Source of the DNA: Dimorphilus gyrociliatus
Lineage: Eukaryota > Animalia > Annelida
Assembly: GCA_904063045.1 (NCBI GenBank)
Contig: CAJFCJ010000116.1
Span: 1-35,835 of the forward strand
Reading direction: 5' to 3'
Length of the DNA stretch: 35,835 nucleotides
Made by a program: the position numbers and the translations under genes. Below the pieces are notes generated by a model. That model did not search any database. It saw nothing but the letters and a program-made list of their open reading frames with translations, and was not told the DNA's origin. Positions 13,701-23,882 of the stretch are shown here, piece after piece (the first letter of the stretch is position 1; each line of letters begins with the position of its first letter).

Positions 13701-14746
13701 TTATTTATGACATTTAGGAATACTTTTCAAGGTCACCAGTTTGCCTTTCACTTCATATTACAATTGAAAAGACCAATGGATGGCAGTACTCTTTTGTGAT
13801 ATTTAGTCAATTAACATTTTTGCAGTTGGTGATAATAGTATATTTTTATATAAGAATAATAGAGAAGATAACAGAATCTAAAAGAATAAATAAAAAACAA
13901 TTTGAGAAAAGAATAAAAAACATTTTAAAATCAAGTTTATTAATTGTAATAACAAATATGATTTGCTTTTTACCAATTTCAATTTTAGGTCATTTGTTAA
14001 ATAAGATTTGACAAAGAAAAAGAAAGAATTTTGAATTATTTTTTTTTCCCAAAAACAACAGGTGTTTCAGTTTTAGTTGGAAATTTTGAAATTAATAGTC
14101 ATCATTATTCATTTATAACTCTGTTACTTTTACCCTTGAATTCAATTAGTAATCCATTTATATATTGTACATCCAAATTTTTCATCTATTTAAAGAAGAG
14201 AAGGAAGGAAAAAGTTGAGAATATTGCCAAAATGTAGTATTTCTTTTTTCGCATTTTTATCTATTTTATGAATATCTTCTTTCTTCTTCTTTGAAAGGCT
14301 TAAATTATTATCTGATATTGAACTTTTGGAATGTAGAGAATGTAATTGTTCTTTCTATAGAGAGATAAGTATCATTCAATTACCTCCTAAAATATTTCTC
14401 TTTTTCAGTTCATGATTTCCTACTAAATTTAGATTTACATGGAATTCTGTTGGAAACTAAATTAAAAGTTGAAATATTGAATATAAATTTAATAGAGAAG
14501 AAATCAATCAAATACATCTATCAATTATTTTTTCATATAATTCATTCAATTATGATAATGCATTTACTATTTTTGGGATTTAAAAAACAAACTACAATCA
14601 TTGAAATTTTTACTGCCAAATCAAGCAGTGGTACCATATTTCTACTACGATTAGATAATTTGGAAAAGAGAAGGAATGAATTAGAGAATGCTAATGATAT
14701 TTTCATTTATGGAAAATATTTTAATAAATTTTTAAATAGATTTTAA
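7708..14746 (+). CDS. GRL101: GRL101-like LDLa-LRR G-protein-coupled receptor, paralog A (spliced), with SRCR-like and CTLD-like N-terminal modules
   Basis: Signal peptide MGLLKLMNFMLFLLITPF (ATG 7708). SRCR-like LCRSLNF..C..ESFNDC and VCNYFGY. CTLD GKCYSF...VESYCRRENKSVISIDS...FICE. Six LDLa repeats at 10346-11470, then LRRs. 7TM exons 11357-12633, 13718-13988 (EYFSRSPVCLSLHIT..GWQYS) and 14062-14233 (NSISNPFIY). Canonical ERY and NPxxY motifs. It ends at 14237 if unspliced, or at 14746 through two extra exons. The exon(s) at about 8050-8400 were not resolved. Confidence 0.85.
11357..12633 (+). CDS. Paralog A large exon: last LDLa, LRRNT, LRRs, TM1-TM4
   Basis: Within ORF 11335-12690. AG acceptor at 11355-11356 and GT donor at 12634. 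LRR motifs LQYLDLSDNPF, LNTLIIAECEL and LEYLFLNGTEL. Hinge CC..C....SVIKKCDDLI. TM3 ITAERYFAI. Confidence 0.9.
12746..13687 (-). mobile_element. Non-autonomous Tc1-family element (internal deletion derivative) in an intron of paralog A
   Basis: Imperfect TIRs of about 50 bp (12746 taaagtaatcttcataaaaa...taggccaa; 13641-13687 reverse complement), flanked by TA. Frameshifted transposase N-terminus from ATG 13309 (MTWSKDIRELVFKKY...GMAPSSVSN...ERVTARKILKELDIDVS), homologous to the 30-32 kb element. The DDE domain is deleted. Confidence 0.85.
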
Positions 14747-15002
14747 ACATTTGTTTTTTCACTCTTTTTCTAATAAGTAGGCCTATAGTAGTTATGAGAT
14801 AGATTGATATATAGATACAGAGGGAATAGGAGTATCGTATTCAATTTTTTTAAATTGAAATTGAAATTAAAAAAATGAAATTACTCAACTTTCACTAAAT
14901 GCAATTGAAAAATTACTGTTTTTTTTCTCTATATTAATTAACACAGCCTTTATCTTGAAGATTTTACTTTTCTCTCTTCCAGTATTCTACTGATTGACTA
15001 GT

Positions 15003-17803
15003 ATGCATAGACTCTTGTATTCTTTCTCCATTTCCTCCTTCTGCTCCTCCTTATTCTTCCTCTTTTGCCCTATGCCTTTGAAAGTCGAAATGGCGAAAAA
15101 TTGCCTTCCAAATCACTACACAAATACAGCAGAACAAAGTATAGATAATTTAAAACTAGGACCGACATTATATGAAGATAAGGAAAAAATAACAGCTAGT
15201 GTCCTATTCACTGATTCAATAAGCAATTCAACTCTTTTAACAATACATGAAGAGAATATGTTTTTTCCTATTGAAGATTCAATTCTAGTGAACAATCTGG
15301 CAAAGAGACTATGCATGAAATATCGAAACAACGATCCTGAATTTAATTATATTCATAAATATTCCATTTTGAAAAGTAAGAAAATATTGAAAATATGAAT
15401 ATTTTCAATAAATTTTTGTTTTTTATAGAAGAAGTTGTTGCATCAATTAAATTACATTTTTATTCAAAGGAATATTTCGAAATGTAAAGAATTTTAATGA
15501 TTTTTCTATTGAAATATTTGAAATAGTTTTTTCAATTCATTATTAGATCTTTTAAAAATTGCGGTATTAATGTCTCAATTGTCGATGTCTTAAGAGTTAC
15601 TTGCTTCAAAATGGATAATCCTTGTAAATTATGATATTTAAATTTAAATTGATCTTTCAGTAAATTAACGTTTATTTTACTTTGGTGTGAATTTTGGGGT
15701 TAGGAGGGATAGATCATCTTAGCCCTCCAAGAAAGGCAATGATTATTTTACTAAAAGATCCAGACATTTTACTTGTCGAGTGGCAAGTTCAATGTCAAGA
15801 TTTTTGCAATCAAATCTTTATGTTTTTTTTTTCAAAGTTCTCTTTACAAAATCCTATTCGCCTAATGAGATTTTACATGTTCGCTATCTAAACGTTACGT
15901 ATTTTTATAAACCATTCGAAAATTCGACAATTGGCAATCTGTGTTATAATTCTTATTTGTTTCGAACTATGAACTATGAAAAATTAGTGGAAATTGCTCG
16001 TAGAAAAATTTTTTATGGAAATTTTACGAATTTTACTATAATATCTAGAAAAAATACAAAAAGTGATCAAGAGTTGTTCAAATGCGATATGACTGTAATT
16101 GGTTAGAATATATTTTAAAAAAATGTCTACCATTCTACTCTTTGTTTGTTTGTTTAGATGTTGGACAAGTTCATCTTATCAACTTGAATAATTCAACTTT
16201 TTTGGACAAGTCAAATATAGTTTATCCACGCTTTATATCAAAAAAATATGGAATGATTACTATTACTATGGAAAATAATCTTCATACTATCTATTTAATT
16301 TGTCGATTAATGAATTTTACAACATTCAATTCGGTAATGAACCATTGCTCTATCCATTCATCACTCGCTAACAATAATCTTCGATTGGACTGTCCTAAAA
16401 ATGCTATTAATTTGTCGGATTGCTCATTTAAATCTTCATTTTCCACATATTTAATGTGCACAATTGAATGCACGAAGGATGATGTTGTTGACGGAGACGA
16501 TTGCAATTATCATGAATGAAACAAAACAAAAGATAACGGCGTTTTCTCTTTTTGCAGATAAAATGGTATTTTTAAATGAATCTCAAAGAATTTTATCTGG
16601 AAATAAAGCTATATTAACTGGTTATTTAAATATGATAATGTTTAAAAAATACTTTAAAGTATCCGTTCCTCATGCCCAGAGTCATGTTTTCAAGGTAAAG
16701 AAAGGAACAATCGTATCAGACAGCAAAAACTTTTCAATAAATAAGCAGAAAATTCGGATGTGGTAGAAAACGGCCATAAATGTGTGGTTTTACCCTAACC
16801 CTAACCCAGGCCTTGTTTTTGCCTAACCTTTTTGAATACCCCTAACCCTTAGATGGGACCCTCCTAAGAACATATCAACAGTTATCTTATTCCTCCTAAC
16901 CATTTCCCAGGCTGAAATCTAACTTTCAAATATTTCATTTATGGCCGTTTTCGACCGGTCCCGGAAAATTCAGCCATATTCTCTGTTAATTTTTTTTCCT
17001 TTTAATTTCAGTTGGTGTGTATGAGTCTTGGATTTTCATCGGCCTCCTTCGAACTCATCATTAACGCTATAGCTGAAAATAAAGTTTCAGTTTCCTGTTC
17101 GAAAAATGTGAAGAATATAAACGACTGCAAATTCATAGATTTCAACAACAAAACTTCGAAAATTACTCAAAGAATAACGTGTCATAATGAAAAACAAATT
17201 GGTAAATTTTAATATCTAATCCTTAATTAGGTCAACGTTCATTTCATTTGGAATTTATGCCGCTTATCTATTGTTTTCAATCAATCAATTTATCTGTTTT
17301 TCCTTTTCAAGATTGCAACAATAAATCGCAGTTTTTCTACGACAATAAATGCTACTCGTTCGGTAAAATTACAACTACCGCAAAATTTTTGACGAGGGAC
17401 CAAATAGCAACTCACCAATGCAAACAGTTAAATATGACTATATTGGAAATTAGTTCTTTTATGGAAAAGATTCTTATTCTGGAACGTGTCATTTATACAA
17501 TACTGGAAAGTGGAGCAACGCCAAGTTTTCAGGAAGCAACCATGTCTGACTTTATTACTATTCCTCATAGTTTGTTTTTAATACTGCAATATACGGAAAG
17601 ATTTACAAGAAAATTCAAATTATCCTTTTCAGCTGTTAGCCGAACACAAGCCGGCATTGGTGTTCAGATTGAGACTTTGTAAGAAAATAATGATAAGATA
17701 AGACTCTGAAGATTAGAGAGAGGATGATAGCAGTTAGGGTTAGAGAACTTTCGAATTAATGTTAGTGATGACTGGATAGGTTCTGGTTTCGTAACCGCTC
17801 TTC

Positions 17804-17834
<31 letters not shown>

Positions 17835-20800
17835 TTTCTTCTACTCCAATCAAACCTTTTTTTTTCAAGGGAGTACCTCACTCAAAAATTAGAATACGGC
17901 ACATTTTTAACCAAAATAAAATCAGTCTGTGAGTTGAAGAAAATGATTATTCTTTGAGCAGGCTTACGTTAAAAAGTTAATCCTATTTCAAAAAGATAAC
18001 GCTACAATGTCTTTTGGATATATACACAGCAGAGAGACGAATATTATAATATGTGAAAGTGAAGGTTAGAAAAGAAAAGAACAATTTCATAAAATTTACA
18101 GGTTACATCATTCTGTTGTATTGTTATTTAATTGAAGAGAATAGAAAATTTCGTTATTCAAATATCATTCAAAATGAAAAGAATCAAAAATGTCTACCTG
18201 AACAGTTTACCTGTAAGATTGACAAATTTTGTATAAATACTATCAATGTTTGCGATGGATTTAGAGATTGTTTTGACGGAAGTGACGAAGAAAATTGTAC
18301 CAGTTACATTCCATTTACCTGTACGAAAGATTTGAAAATAAATAGTAAACTGGTATGCGATTTTATTCGAGATTGTCCAAACGGTACTGACGAATTATTT
18401 TGCGGTAGATCATCGAAATTCAATAAAAAGTATTCTATCCATAAAAAATTCTTACTGTCCATAACTTTTTACAGAAACTATTGATTGTTCTCAATCAGAA
18501 AAGTAGGATCAAAAATATCCTCATCTAATATTATTATATACATAAAATTGCACAGATACTACCGATGCAACAACGGACAATGCATTCCTAGATCAAAATA
18601 CTGCAATTTACAACCTAACTGCTTCGATTCAACAGACGAAACCAAAAAATGTCCAGGTAATATCGCTCAATTCAAACCTTTCATTTGATCTGTAGAATAC
18701 TGCGTATATATTCAGATCCGTGCTCTGCTTATCAGTGTAATGCAAACTGTCAAACTGGATATTTAAAATGCAAAAAGGAAAACTACTGCGATATTTATCA
18801 GAAATTTCCAGATCATTGTTTTCAGAAATGGAGAAAGTAAATATTTCGAAATTTTTCAAAATGTCAATAGAATAAACAAACAAAAAAAAACAAATACAGT
18901 CATTACCAGACTTATGAAGAAAATATGAACCAGTTTTTTCAGGAATTGAACTATACAAGAAAATATAGAAAAACAAATTGTAGATTGGTTTACAATTATT
19001 TAAATCAATTAGAAACCGCTCTAGGATATCCATTCAACGAATTGGATAATTGTTTTGAAATGAGATGTCAAGTGGGAGAATATCAATGTCAGTGGAAACA
19101 TTACTGTATACCTTTCGAACGTGTTTGTAATAATATTACTGATTGCTATTTTGGCGATGATGAAACTGATTGCCAAAACTACAAACCTAAATATGCTTTT
19201 AAATGTAAAAATCAAAAAAAATTTCTTACATTAACCACAGTTTGTAATGGAATTATTGACTGTAAACACGGTGACGATGAAAGATTTTGTCCAAATTCAA
19301 AAGATGAAGTTTGTCCACAAAACTGCAATTGCCAACTTCTTTCAAAGATGAATTGTTCATTTGAAGGAAAAAAATTGATTTCAAATTTGAATGTCGTTTT
19401 CAAGTTGAAAAGTTTAATTCTATTCGGCTTACCAGATTACTTTACAATTGATGTAAAACATCATTTGTCGTTGACCTACTTGGAAATAGGAGATAGTTTG
19501 ACGAACAGAATACCCCAACTGCAAACTTTTAACCTGGTTGTTCTGATTGTACGCAAATCTGGAATAAAGGCTTTAAACGTTACTGATTTATGGAATTATA
19601 AATATTTACAATATTTAGATTTGAGCGATAATCCGTTTCATTTCGTTCCGCCATCATATTTTGAAAAATCTGTTAGAATATTGCACATAGATCTCTCCAA
19701 ATCGAAGTTGAAGAGCCTCGAGAAATTTACTTTCTCTTCTCTCAGCAATCTAAACACTTTGATTATAGCCGAATGCCAATTGAGTTTTATTCATCATCAA
19801 TCATTTCATCATCTTACAAAATTGGAATATCTCTTCCTCAATGGAACGGAACTTCCTCCATTCCTATCCAATAGGCTTTTTGCAAAAATTTTCACATTGA
19901 AGACAATGATATCGGAAAGTTTTCAACTCTGTTGTATAGAGAAGAAAAAGGCATTGGGGATCGTTTGTCAACCAGATAAATCTGTTATTAAAAGCTGCGA
20001 TGATCTAATTGGAAATAGTAATTTAAGAATATTAACTTGGGTTTGTATTTGTCTTGTTAGTTCCGGAAATTTAATCGCCATCCTTATTCAAATAAAATCA
20101 TCTAAACCTATAAATTTTGTGAAAATTTTCCAATATTTTTCCTATTTAACCTTAAGTGGCTATGTAGTAGGAATTGCTTGCATAGATGTATATTATAGAA
20201 GAGTGTATATGGAACACGATTCAAAATGGAGATCTAGTCTAGGCTGTTCAATTTTGGGTGTATTATCAACTACAAGTGTAACATTTTCAAATTTTTGTAT
20301 TCTACTAATCACAGCTGAGCGATATTTCGCAATTCGTTATTTAAATATTTACAAGAAATACTACAATAATGTTAAAATAAAATTAACAAGTCTAACTGGA
20401 AGTTTGTTGATAATTGTATTAATATCGTGTATTCCGTATCTATCTGTAGAGGTAGGCCTATGAGAAATATATGAAATATTGAAATGAATGATTTGAATAA
20501 GAGATTGAATTTTTGTAGAATTATAGTTATCATTCAACATTTTGCTTTTTATTTGTTAAAGATTTAAATTTGAAAATTATCAACATTTATTCATTTTTTT
20601 CATTAAATTGTTTAATCTTTCTGATGTTGTTAATCAACATTTTAATTTACTTAAAAATCTATATCTTTATTCTAAAATTGGAAACTTTTAAAGGGAAACT
20701 TTTAAAATTAAGGAATCTTTTTAGCAATTTGTGGCAAATTGGTTTTATGTTTGAATTTTCAATTTCAAGTGAATTTGAACAATTTGAACAATTTTAAAAC

Positions 20801-21564
20801 TTTTGAATTTTTGTTTTTAGGTTTTTTTGTGAATATAGTTAACTCAAAATTGGATAATTCATATTTTCTATTGATAACAATTGTGTCGTTGTTTGTACAG
20901 AATATACTGTTTGTAATAAATGATTTGTTTTATGCTAGAAAAGAAAGAATGGCATTGGCGAAAACAAAAATGTTTGTTTTTGTTTTGAATGGAAAGACAA
21001 AATATTTAATTATTTAAATGTTTTACAGGCAAAGACACGTGATAATGAAGAAAAGAAATACAAGGAGAGTTCGTTAGTGTCTCGTTTATTAAAGAAAAAG
21101 AAAATCGGTTTTTGAAATATTTCTCTTTTTTAGATAATGATATTCTGATTAAGTGTTTCCTACTCAGAGTGTTTGTCAATTTTGATATGAATGTTGAAAA
21201 ATTTCATCCTTCAATGTTCCAAGATGAACAATTCATTTGTCGTAAAGACAAACTACTTCTATTCTTAAATTTTAACAAGCAAATATTTAAATCAATCTTA
21301 CAACTTGACAATAGAAATTTGTCATTTAAGAAAGATTTACAAGAACTACCAGTTTATTTTACTGTACAAGTTTACTTTTTCTTCTTTATCATTCTTTTTT
21401 ATTTTGCTATTAAAAAACAGACAAGAAGAAATAATAGAGAAAAGAAATTCTACATTGCTTTGGAAGATATGAACCAAAATGGCGACGATAATACTTTAGA
21501 AAATAAATTTAATTTATACGTTTTCGGCAACTATTTGAAAGGGTTTATAGAAGAATTTCATTAA
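15003..21564 (+). CDS. GRL101: GRL101-like LDLa-LRR receptor, paralog B (spliced), with atypical 7TM C-terminal half
   Basis: Signal peptide MHRLLYSFSISSFCSSLFFLFC (ATG 15003). SRCR-like ICRLMNF...LDCPKNAINLSDC and VCMSLGFSSA...SCSKNVKNINDC. CTLD DNKCYSF...HQCKQLNMTILEISS. Five clear and one degenerate LDLa. Large exon 18900-20451, then exons 20519-20741 and 20821-20971 with the same intron phases as paralog A. Probable extra exons 21029-21072 and 21134-21564. Confidence 0.8.
16762..16956. mobile_element. MITE-like element, copy A, with internal telomere-like CCCTAA motifs (intron of paralog B)
   Basis: Perfect 16-bp inverted repeat gaaaacggccataaat (16766-16781) / atttatggccgttttc (16937-16952), extendable to 20 bp with one mismatch. 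Internal ccctaaccctaaccc. The interior is homologous to 31543-31748. Confidence 0.75.
17804..17835. repeat. (CT)n microsatellite in an intron of paralog B
   Basis: ctctctctctctctctctgtctctctctctct read directly. Confidence 0.9.
18900..20451 (+). CDS. Paralog B large exon: Cys linker, two LDLa, LRRNT, LRRs, TM1-TM4
   Basis: ORF 18925-20463. AG at 18898-18899 and GT at 20452. LRR block nearly identical to paralog A. ITAERYFAI in TM3. Confidence 0.9.
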
Positions 21565-22308
21565 TATTTTTATCTACCAGTTTTCTTTTCTTGTAAAAAT
21601 TGAATAAATATTTAAACAAAAACAAAAACTTGAATTCAATTAAAATTTTTGCAGTAGAAAAATTTTAAAGAAATTAAAAAAACATTTTAAATAATTGGTA
21701 TTATGATTTCTTTTAATATTTGTATAAAAACTATATACATAGGGAAGAGAGAATGAAGAGAAAGTGAAAGATATCATTTCAATCTTCTCTATATTGTCTT
21801 AATTATAAGTATTTTTCAAGAATTACAAAATATGCATTGTCTTAGCTTTGCAATAAACAAAGAGCTTCTCTTCAAATATTTATTCTTTCATGTTGGCCAA
21901 GTTTCATTTGAATTTCAATATTTTATTCAGTTTGGTATTTTTTTTCCTTCAGGAAGAGAAGATATTTTTCTTAGAAATGACAAAGCTGACGTACGATTAC
22001 AGAAATGAAAGAATCATTGATATTTTTAATGCAGGCCTACTAATAAAAAATTTACTACATTGTAATAAATGTTAACATAGCCTTAACTTTATGCAATTAT
22101 TTTGCTTGTAGTATTAATTTAATATCCTATTATCATATTTCTGAATGATAGAAAATTGTTTACAACAAACGAAAAAATCTTCAATTTATGAAAGAGAGAA
22201 GTAATTCAGAAAATGTATATCCTTATTTTCAAAGATTACAAAACAAGGTGAAGGAACACTTTAAGTTCATCCACAAATAGTCTCAATAACTGACCTTTGT
22301 CAGAAATT

Positions 22309-22540
22309 ATTGTTCTATATTTACGGATGTACCGAATTAGCAATCCGTCTAATTTCTATTTTTCGTTGTGCTCATGCAGACTCGACCATGCTTTTATAGG
22401 CGACAGTTAGGCACTGCTCAACACCTGTTCTGACAGCCACCAATCATTTCTCTCTAGAAATATTAAATTGATTAATACCATCTGTCACATGATAGAAAAA
22501 TCCTGTAGAGGGCATTATCTGTTCTTTTCTATTTAAAAAG
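22309..22540. repeat. Dispersed 232-bp repeat of unknown family, copy 1
   Basis: Colinear with 35164-35395 (attgttctatatttacggat...ctatttaaaaag) with scattered substitutions and no net length difference. Confidence 0.85.
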
Positions 22541-23314
22541 TAATAAAATGATTTCATTAAGCACATAAAACTTTATTGTCATATTAATAAAATATTTAAA
22601 TACTTGGAAATGTTCTATTTTAAGAGAAGCTGCGAAAAACTGTGTTCGGGGTCGACACAAACTTCCCCTGAGGATAAAGTTTAGGGTTACTTTTAGTTAT
22701 TTTTAATGTTAGGAATATATTATATTATATTAATACTGATCTACATAAAAACAAAATTGAAAGTTAGTAACTAAAAAGAAGGAATCGCTTCCCCTGCAGT
22801 GGCAATAGGGTAAAAGTGAGAAATAGGCGTTCTTTTGTCCAGCATCTAACATATCATCATTACATAATTCACACAACTCTTTGTGTCAAGTGAATAAAAA
22901 ACTACAGATATTTACATAATTTGGTAATTTTAAATTCTTGTTTGTTCATCTCTTCTTGGTCATAATAAAGTATTCTATATTTATTCTATTTATAAGCTTT
23001 TAAGGTTAATTGAGAAAAATTGTCTTTTAACTTGAAATTTCGTCATCAAATATTCAACAGCAAAAAAGTAATAATGATATCGAAATTGGTGTGTTCTTGA
23101 AATATGCAACATGTTCACAAACCCAGTTATTTTATTAATAATAAAAAAACTACTTGCCATATAAAAAATTATTCATGCTTGATCATCTGTCTATATTCCC
23201 TCATATAAAACAGCATATGCAAAGGTAACAATGTCGACAACATACATTACTAATAAAATACCTTCTCATTCATCAGACATTCTCTATGAAATATCCAGCT
23301 AAGGAGAAATAAAG

Positions 23315-23571
23315 ATGGCGGTCACCTGGTCCAATTTCTCCAATGAAACAACATTTCATGGAATAAAAAATATCTTTGATAAAAACTACTCACTTTTTCG
23401 ACGTCTTATTTGGACCATCATTGTCTTGGGAGCAATTTCTCTCTTTTCCTATCAGGTGTATTCCAGGCAATATGACTTTAGAAAGAGGGAAGTGGCTGTT
23501 AACATTGAGATGATCTATCCTAATCTTCTCGAATTTCCATCAGTGACCATCTGTAACCAAAATAAATTCAG
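23315..23571 (+). CDS. DEG/ENaC (ASIC/amiloride-sensitive sodium channel family) first coding exon; remaining exons not found
   Basis: HG motif (ETTFHGI), TM1 (RRLIWTIIVLGAISLFSYQVY) and the family signature FPSVTICNQNKFR, ending at a GT donor (23572) in phase 2. May be a pseudogene fragment. Confidence 0.85.
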
Positions 23572-23882
23572 GTAATTTATCTTCTCCATAGTTAATCAAT
23601 TGCTTTCTTTAAATGTTTCAAAAATGTACAGAATGAAGCAGACATTTTTAACTGTTCTAGTCATTTTTTGTATGTACATGTTACTTTAGGTGAAAAGTAT
23701 ATATTCTATGGATTAAATGATATCGTCTTATCTGGAAGTAGTTCAAAGTTAAATATCAGTATAGTTGATGGTTTTTTGTTTTCTCTATGGAATGGTCAAT
23801 GGTTTCTAATTTTTGTCAATCCATTTGATAAATATTCAATATCCGTAAGTAATGTATTGTTTTATAGATGAAGATTTCATTC

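Noticed and set aside
16793-16808. CCCTAA repeats as a telomere or chromosome-fusion scar
   Set aside because: Only 2-3 units, and they lie inside a MITE-like element present twice.
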